Positions 56,561 through 64,000 of a stretch of 64,000 nucleotides of DNA are shown here, piece by piece. Position 1 is the first letter of the stretch. Every line of letters begins with the position of its first letter. The DNA comes from Schizochytrium sp. TIO01 (lineage: Eukaryota; Protista; Bigyra: Labyrinthulomycetes). The notes under the pieces are model-generated. The model did not search any database. It was not told where the DNA came from and saw only the letters and a program-made list of their open reading frames with translations. Position numbers and translations under genes: made by a program. The stretch spans positions 1,731,648 to 1,795,647 of the forward strand of contig SMSO01000014.1 in NCBI GenBank assembly GCA_004764695.1, read 5' to 3'.

Positions 56561-57642
56561 TTTGGCTGGGGTTTGTTTGTTTGACAGTCGAGATTACAAC
56601 AAGGGCACCTGTGCGGGCTCCTGGACACCAATTCTGTGTATTATTATCATCGCGTTTGCATAATCGTTGTACAATGTCAACAATCGTTTTACACATCCAC
56701 TTCATTCGTTAGTCATTCCTCTTCATTCTTTCCAAATAATTAGATCGATCCATTCCGTTCGTCTCACCCCCACAAAAACACAAGCACAAAAGAAAGAGCA
56801 TTATTGATAACACCACAAACCACCCTGACACGAAATCCTCTCGAGGCCTCAACTGAGCTTTCTTTCCCTCGATCGCGCGCCTTCCCATCTCACTGTCATG
56901 CTTCATTTCTCTCCTCCCTGCCTCATAGTGAACTAGCCCTCGCACCATGGTATCATTGAGATGATACGATATCATGGATATAAGTATATATTACTATATA
57001 CATATTATACGGAGGTTTCGTCATTAGGAGATAAGAGGAGAGATCCATAAATGGACACATAAAGAAACAAGAAGTACAAATAGATATAGCGACCGACATG
57101 GCCTCAGGACCATCGCTTCATCGGCGTCCAGTCCATCGCACGAGCAGCGAGGGCGAGGCGGCCGTCATGATGCAAGGCAGACGAGGGCAGGTAGCTAGGT
57201 GGTTGAAGTAGGGAGTGTCGAGGAGCGGGGTGGTTTTTCAAAAAAGCCTTGCAGACTCCACGAGGAGGCCATTAGCCGCATTACCGCATCGTGTCTCCTG
57301 CGGCGCTTCAGCAAGGTCTAGCAGGTGTAGTGATGCTGATGCAGAGGCTCTTGTGCTGCTTGCTGTCTGTCTGTCTCTGCGGGGCGTGGCGTCGTGGCGG
57401 AGCGACCTCTCCGACGGGCGCGAGCTACGTACGAGCGTTGAGTGATTGCTCGAGATTTGCCTTCGACTTCTCTCCAGGTTTGGCTTATTATAAGAGGTCT
57501 CTGCTTATTCCCTTTAAACTTCTCTTTTACAGAAACAGACAAACAGACATTTAGATAGTGAATACATAGAGAAAGAAAATCACCTCTTTTGTGCGGGACT
57601 AATCCCCACTACCACTTACGGTAGCACTCTGCATTACGGCGA

Positions 57643-57886
57643 CTCCTTTTCTTTTCTTTTCTTTTCTTTCCTCTTGTCTTTCCTCTTTTCTTTTTCTTTT
57701 CCTTTTCTTTTCTCTCCTTTTCTCTCCTTTTCTTCGCTCGTCTGTAATTGCAATTGTCTTTTCTTTCCTTTTCTTTCCTTTTCTTTTCCTTCCTTTTCTT
57801 CCCTTTTCTTCTCTTTTCTTCCCTTTTCTTTTCTTTTCTTTTCTTTTCCTGAGGTTGATTCTTTTCTTTTTTGTTGACCTTTTCTT
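57643..57886. repeat. Long polypyrimidine/polypurine low-complexity tract
   Basis: Degenerate TTTTC/TTTCC units over ~240 nt with a short interruption. Confidence 0.9.
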
Positions 57887-57961
57887 TACATGGACTACCA
57901 CTTTACTACCCTCCATTACGAGTGGCTACCCCCTCCCTACTGATATCTTCATCTCAGAAAG

Positions 57962-57962
<1 letters not shown>

Positions 57963-58001
<39 letters not shown>

Positions 58002-58011
58002 CAGATAGATA
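57963..58011. repeat. (GATA)n microsatellite
   Basis: Direct tandem repeat. Confidence 0.95.
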
Positions 58012-60647
58012 GCATCGTAGGTGCCTATTGCCTACTATCACCTTAACTTCTTCTATCCAGCACAGAGAAAGCGAGAGAGAAAAAGGAGGAAAGAAAAGAC
58101 GAGGAGACAGACAGAGCAAAGCAGGGACAAAAGCTCAATCAACAACACGAAGCGGCAATCAATTAAGTGGGCACTCTTGCTGTATGTTGTATGTTGTATG
58201 TTGTATGTTGATGTATGTCAGAACGTAGTAGAAGACGCCTCTTTCTTCGACTTGAATCTCTCGACATTTTGCTCATGAATTGAACTGAGGAAGCACTGAG
58301 ATGGATCAATCACACGGATGATCCTTTATCCTTAAATTTAAAGAGACACGGGTATGGAGAGAAGAAGAAGAAGAAGAAGAAGAAGAAGAAAGAAACAAAT
58401 GTCACGGCCTGCTCTTCTTTGCCTCTGCTTTAGGCGTCGCAGCAGAAGAACGTGCACGAAAGCAAAGGGACTGAACACGAGGTGAGTGAGGGTCCACATT
58501 CCTTCAGCCCCATCGGTGTCACCATCGCGAACAAAACAAACCGTGATCATCAATCGCAATTGCTTTGCAACATAAAAAGTTTTGATGTGGTACCGCTTGC
58601 ATATCAAACAATTTGTAATTAATTAGCTAATTACTCATTAGTTAGTTAGTTAGTTGGATAGATACTTTAGATAGATACTTTAGACATGCGCGATGATGCG
58701 CATTCCTCTCTCTCTCTCTCTCTCTGTCTCTGTCTCTCTCCTTCTTAGAGCAGGTGTTCCTCTTAATCTGAGTTAGACGTAATGCATTTCTTTCCCCTAG
58801 CTAAGCACTAGCGTTGCTTAACATCATGTTGATTAAAAATCCCTGGCCTATGGCGCCCTTCTAGGCCAATCGCTAGCACTCTGCACTGGCGTTGTGCTAT
58901 AGTTTCGGTTAGGAGGCTGGTGGTGCGGCGCTCTGCATTACATTACATTCCGTAGGTGGCTACTAGAACATTGTAATTTGCAAGAGAGGCAGCGCAGGCA
59001 GTGCAGTGCAGTGTAACGCAATGCAATGCAATGCAGAGCGATGCAATGCAATGCAGTGCGGTGGATAAGTTGTCGATGGCCCGCTTTGGGGGCGTACTGG
59101 CGGCGATGACGGCGCGTCTGCAGAGCGTGGAGCTAGCTAGCTTGTGCCGCGTATCTTGCGAGAAGTTTTGACTTCATTCAGTCTTTTTGGAAAGCTTTTC
59201 CTCCCTCTTTCTTCTTTTGGCTCCTCCTTTCCCTTCCTATTTCTAACTACACAAAGCTAACTTTGCTTTCCTTTTCCTCCTCTTTTCTTTCCCTTTCCGC
59301 CAATTTCGATGACCTCCTTGTTCTCTTACAACTAAAAGACTAATTTTATTTTTTATAGATCGAGAATTTTAAAAATAAATATGCTTTCTTTAAAATTAAA
59401 TTTATTTAAACTTAATCAAATAAACAAATAAAATACCAATGGAGGAAAGACAAGCAGACAAAGATAAGATCCCTTATTTTTGTTAATACAAAAAAACAAT
59501 CCAATCCAATGCAATGCAATGCAGATCAGAGCGAGCCTTGGCATCATCCTGGACTCGGCGGCAGTGCAATGATAGACAGACAGACAGACCCATCATACTG
59601 TAGCCCCGCCCTTCTGGGCGGCCTTACTCGCGTTTGTATTGTGTGCGCCTGTCTAGTGGCGATGAAGTGACGGAGCCCTGTATGCCTTACGTTAAGGTTG
59701 TAGTTTCCTTTGCGGAGCAAATTGCAAAGCGCAGTTCTTTCTCTGGCACCTTTGGGGTCCGTCCATCCTGAACGATTGCTTCATTGTAATTTCACGAATT
59801 AGGATTTACAATCAATCCGAATCCCTGGCTCGAGGCGTGTGCTTGCAAGCGTCGCGGTGCTTGCGAAGGGAATGGGTGGGAGCTGGCTGGCGATGTCTGC
59901 CTGCCTGTCTGTCTGTCTGTCTGCTTGTCTATCTCGAAGATGGCGATTCACGAGGCAATGGAGGTAGAGAATATCTTCGCAAACGAACTAAAAAGACTTC
60001 AGAACCGGCACACAGACAGGCCTTATTTAGCGATTTCCAGCCAACTTCAACTACACTTGAGCAGTTCCAGAGACGGGAGACGCTCTTTTCATGGCAGGTC
60101 TCGAGCCTCTGTTCGGGAGGGAGCAAGTCAAGTCTCAGGTCTTCTTCTTCTCCAATGCATGCGATACATCGCATCAACGAGCAAAACACGAGGTCAATCG
60201 AATGTAACGTAATGCAGCGACTCTCGAGCATCTATCTTATCTCTCTATCTATCCGTGTAATAAGCAGCATACGCATGTTAGTATTATGAACGAGTTAATG
60301 AGTCTTCCTTCTTCTGATGAATAATCAATTTGTAAATCAATTTGTATATATATCACTGCGCGTTGTAGGTATCCTGGACACCCATCTTCTTTCGACTTTG
60401 GTGCACTTGCGTGCTTTCTCTTGCTCGCTTTCCTTTCAGGCCATGCCGTGCTCTGTAGCTTCGCATTGCAAGTGCTGAAGACGGGCCTGTGTATCTATCT
60501 ATGAACTATCTTTCTGTCTATCCAGTTGCGGAGGAGGCAGCTTCGTCCGAGTAATACGAGCAATGTTAGCAATGAAAAGGAGGCAGACAACGAACAGATC
60601 TTATTAGAGGAAAGGAACAAACTAAACAGAGCAAAGCAATGCGAAGC

Positions 60648-60752
60648 CTTTTCTTTTCTTTTCTTTTCTTTTCTTTTCTTTTCTTTTCTTTTCTTTTCTT
60701 TTCTTTTCTTTTCTTTTCTTTTCTTTTCTTTTCTTTTCTTTTCTTTTCTTTC
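60648..60752. repeat. (TTTTC)n microsatellite
   Basis: About 20 tandem pentamers. Confidence 0.97.
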
Positions 60753-62559
60753 TTGCAAGTTTCCTTTTCTCCCCTCGTCTTTTCTTCTTCTTCTTGGCTT
60801 TTCTTTTTTCTTTTTCTTTCTTTGCACATGCAGCATTTTCCTATCAGTGATACTAGACCTAGCTGGGGCCTAGTTGAATGTGTATCTATATCTCTCACTC
60901 ATATGTATGTAAAGTAACCATTAACCAAAAAAAGTAAAATCGTTTTAAAGCCTGCTATCGATAGGAGGTAAAAGGAAAAACAAACAAACAAAAAAGCATC
61001 TTTTATGCGCCGCTCCTGCGAGTGCAAAGCAGCACCGCATATTCCAATACAAGTTTACCACAGCCACAGATTAACTAGACCACTCACCATAATACAGTGC
61101 CCCTCGGCAGAACTTGTAGAAGCTCCTGGCAGGAAGGGGAGCCACTTGTGCTGCACAGCTAATTAATTAGCCACTACTAATTACTAATACTGACCTGGTA
61201 TGGTAATAGTTAGCCAGTCAGCTGGCGAGCAAAGTATTATGACGTAGTCTGAGCAACATCCTAACAATGCAACTCTACAGAAGACAGTCTTCGGGCGAAA
61301 ACGCGGCTCCTTATCGTCGCTTGCTTGCGCCTTTAAGCAGAGGGCTTTATCTCTATGGGGCATCGCGAGGCTGCCGCAATGGTCTCGTTCACCTTATTCA
61401 TCCTCCTCATCGTTGAAAGCTGTTTTCGTTGCCTTTTTCAGCGTTTTCCAATCATGGTCCTTTGAAGGGTCTGAATTGTTTATTTATAAAATAAGATCGA
61501 TTGATCAGAATTAAGGAAGGAAGGAAAGAGAGAGAAAGAAAAAGAAGAAGAAGAATATCTTTCGCGCTGGAGAATGGTTTTCATATTCCGACTATTGTTC
61601 GTTTGTTGTTTAGTTTTATTTCAATCCGCCACTTATTTCCTGCGATGGTAGATAAGGACACAGGCGTAGACATTCCCTGAGAGATTGTTGATCGTCTGTC
61701 TCTTGAGCTGTAGCTTTGGGTTGTATCCTTACTTCTTTCTCTTCAATATTTTACTGGATTAAAAAAATAATAAAATGAAAAATCGAAATGAAAGATTACT
61801 AAACTCAGCATTACCACGACAATGACACTAAACTAATCACACCTGTTTATCCTCTTTCAATCTTTCTTTCAACCACTCCTATTGCTCCATAGCTAGCTCC
61901 TAAGAAAGCAGAAGGGGAAGTAAGAAAGTGCAAAAGAAAGAAAGAAAGAAAGCAATGTGGAATTCAAAATTTCAAATTTCATGACATTTCAAGTAAAGAA
62001 AAGAACCGCTTTCACCACGCTCTCCCATTCTGTGAGATCCGCACCCCCTCCGCACAATACCAAACCGCTTTCCCCTTCTCTGTGCACGCCGCACGGGACA
62101 GCGTGTAAGCTTCGCTCCGGCGCCGCGGTGCGAATGTACGGGACGCGGAGAGCGGAGGCCTCTGCATAAGAAAGGGAGGGCAGCGAACACGAGGGAACCG
62201 CGAGCGCCGAGAGCACCTGAAGCGCGTGGGCTCTCGCCGCAGAAGTGGCGAGGCGCTGTCTCCTGGGCCCTTCCTGCGCTCTGGCCGGCCTGGAGGCGGC
62301 GCGAGGAGGCCTCTCTCTTCTCCGGCTCGAGGAAGGCCACGCGTAGCGTCCGCCGGAGAGAAAGGAGAAAGAAAGAAAGATATCCTCTCTGCGTGGATAT
62401 CTACTTACTCTCTTTCTTTCACATATGCATGCTCAGGTACGCACCTTCTACGCACTTATGGATGTGAAGGGGCGCATGCGCGGGTCTGGTGGGAAAATGG
62501 CGCCCGCTCTCTGCCTTGAATGAAATCAAACCCCGTCAGTGCTCGTCTTTTCCTGAAAT

Positions 62560-63253
62560 GGTTTTCCCTGGGCAAGACTAGGCGCGCCTAAGCGTGACTA
62601 GGCGCCAACTTCGGCCTTCGCCGCAACCCAAAAGTCTTCTCGTGGGGGAGACTCCTGAGAGGACCCCTGGAAGCGCCAGAGGCCGGTGCTTCGGTGCGGG
62701 GGCGCAAAGCACAGATGGGCTAGGCCAGGAGTTTGGCGGCGTGGGTGGAAGGGTGGAAGAGAGATACGGCACAGTATGGCGAAAAGAGGCCAGTGGGACA
62801 GGGCGCAGGAGACCCGGTGTGTTCCAGTTTGGAGAGAACGGAGGTTGGAACGCGCGCGAGTCCACTGAGATCGAGGAATTGATATTACTTACACAGAAGT
62901 ATTTGCATTGCAATGAATTAGTTGACTTGAAGGAGAACTTGGACTTGGACTCGAAGCTCGCTGCTTCTGCGGTGGACGATTGCAGATGATGATGCTATTT
63001 GCAGGCCGAGGATTGCTTGATTTCATTCTTGCAGAGCTTGAAGCATCTTGAAGCCCGCGGGAAAGACGGCGCCGGGTACTACGCCTGTGGCGTCATTGTG
63101 GGCATCGGCGTCGCGACTAAAAAGAAGCAGAGCAGGGTCCGCCATTTTCCTGAAATCTGGCCGAGCGCAAATCATCGCCGCTTTCCGCTGTGCGCTGTAG
63201 TCGCACAGACTGAGATAGACAAAGCAAACAAAGCAAACAAAGAAACAAATTGA
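62560..63253 (+). pseudogene. Decayed coding-like sequence of unknown family
   Basis: Two collinear in-frame ORFs (62594-62989, 62999-63253) separated by TGA stops, with protein-like composition (EIEELILLTQKYL...; DCLISFLQSLKHLE). Confidence 0.2.
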
Positions 63254-63561
63254 ACATAAGGTTGGAACTTCAAGCTGGTGGGAAAATACACTCATCCGGG
63301 ATCATGAATGATGGACGATGAATCGATCATGATCATGATCATGGTCATGAATTATGGTGTTTATTTGTTTGTTCGTCTGAATATGCATGCAGTGATGATG
63401 GGCAATCATCGACCGCATTGGCTGTAGTAGATCTCACGAGCTGAGGGTCTTCTGAGTAAGCTCAATCGATCGATCACACACAGCCTTGTGAAGATCAGCA
63501 AATTGCACTTTGTCTTGTCTCATGAATGCTCGCCGTGCGAATTCAGAGCTCTTAGATCAAG

Positions 63562-63568
63562 GTTGTCG

Positions 63569-63609
<41 letters not shown>

Positions 63610-63610
63610 G
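63562..63610. repeat. (GTT)n microsatellite
   Basis: Direct tandem repeat with degenerate continuation to ~63680. Confidence 0.95.
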
Positions 63611-64000
63611 CTTATGATGATGTTGTTACTGCTGCTGTCATTGTTGGTGTCGTTGTTATTGTTGTTATTGTTGTGGTGCAGTTGATCATCATTGTCTTTT
63701 TTTGCATTTTCTTTCTCGACATCACACATCCTATCTTCCTATTGTTTTCTTCCCTTTTAAAAATAGAATTAATTTTTAAATAATAAAAAATTGTGAAGAA
63801 AGCCATAGAAATTAATACCGCCTACTTTGCGGGTGCCTTCCTCGCAGGCATATTTGGGGTGATTGAGAAACAGCATAAAACCCGAAAGCTACGAAACTTT
63901 GAAGATATTTGACTGCTGATGATGAAACGAACTTGTGTGCCTTTGATGTATCGAAACGATTCGAACATGTGCCGTCTTGTTCATCTATTTTTAATTAAAA

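Noticed and set aside
55589-56584. 331-aa plus-strand ORF
   Set aside because: Antisense shadow of the strongly codon-biased ETFB gene; non-ATG start and no recognisable motifs.
1-64000. CRISPR arrays, rRNA, telomeric repeats, intact transposons or viral genes
   Set aside because: None recognised; the tandem repeats seen are simple microsatellites without spacers.

Overview
Eukaryotic nuclear DNA, probably an intron-poor stramenopile such as a thraustochytrid/labyrinthulomycete (inferred from long single-exon genes, microsatellite-rich spacers and gene content). A gene-dense core (~15.5-56.6 kb) holds eight genes: C2CD5-like, a secreted two-repeat protein split by a +1 frame break, an MT-A70-family AMT6/7 (MTA9)-like protein, CAF-1 large subunit, a Furry/Tao3-like scaffold whose RGS-containing tail lies in the +1 frame, a 2108-aa multidomain cation channel, WASHC2/FAM21-like and ETF beta. 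Both flanks (1-15.5 kb, 56.6-64 kb) lack intact genes and consist of decayed coding-like or transposon-like fragments and microsatellites. The standout is the channel at 46509-52835: nicotinamidase-like domain (catalytic Lys apparently replaced by Ala) + ankyrins + UBR-like zinc finger + two RyR repeats + ankyrins + polycystin/TRP pore, a candidate nicotinamide-sensing channel. All family calls come from motif recognition by eye; no database search was run.
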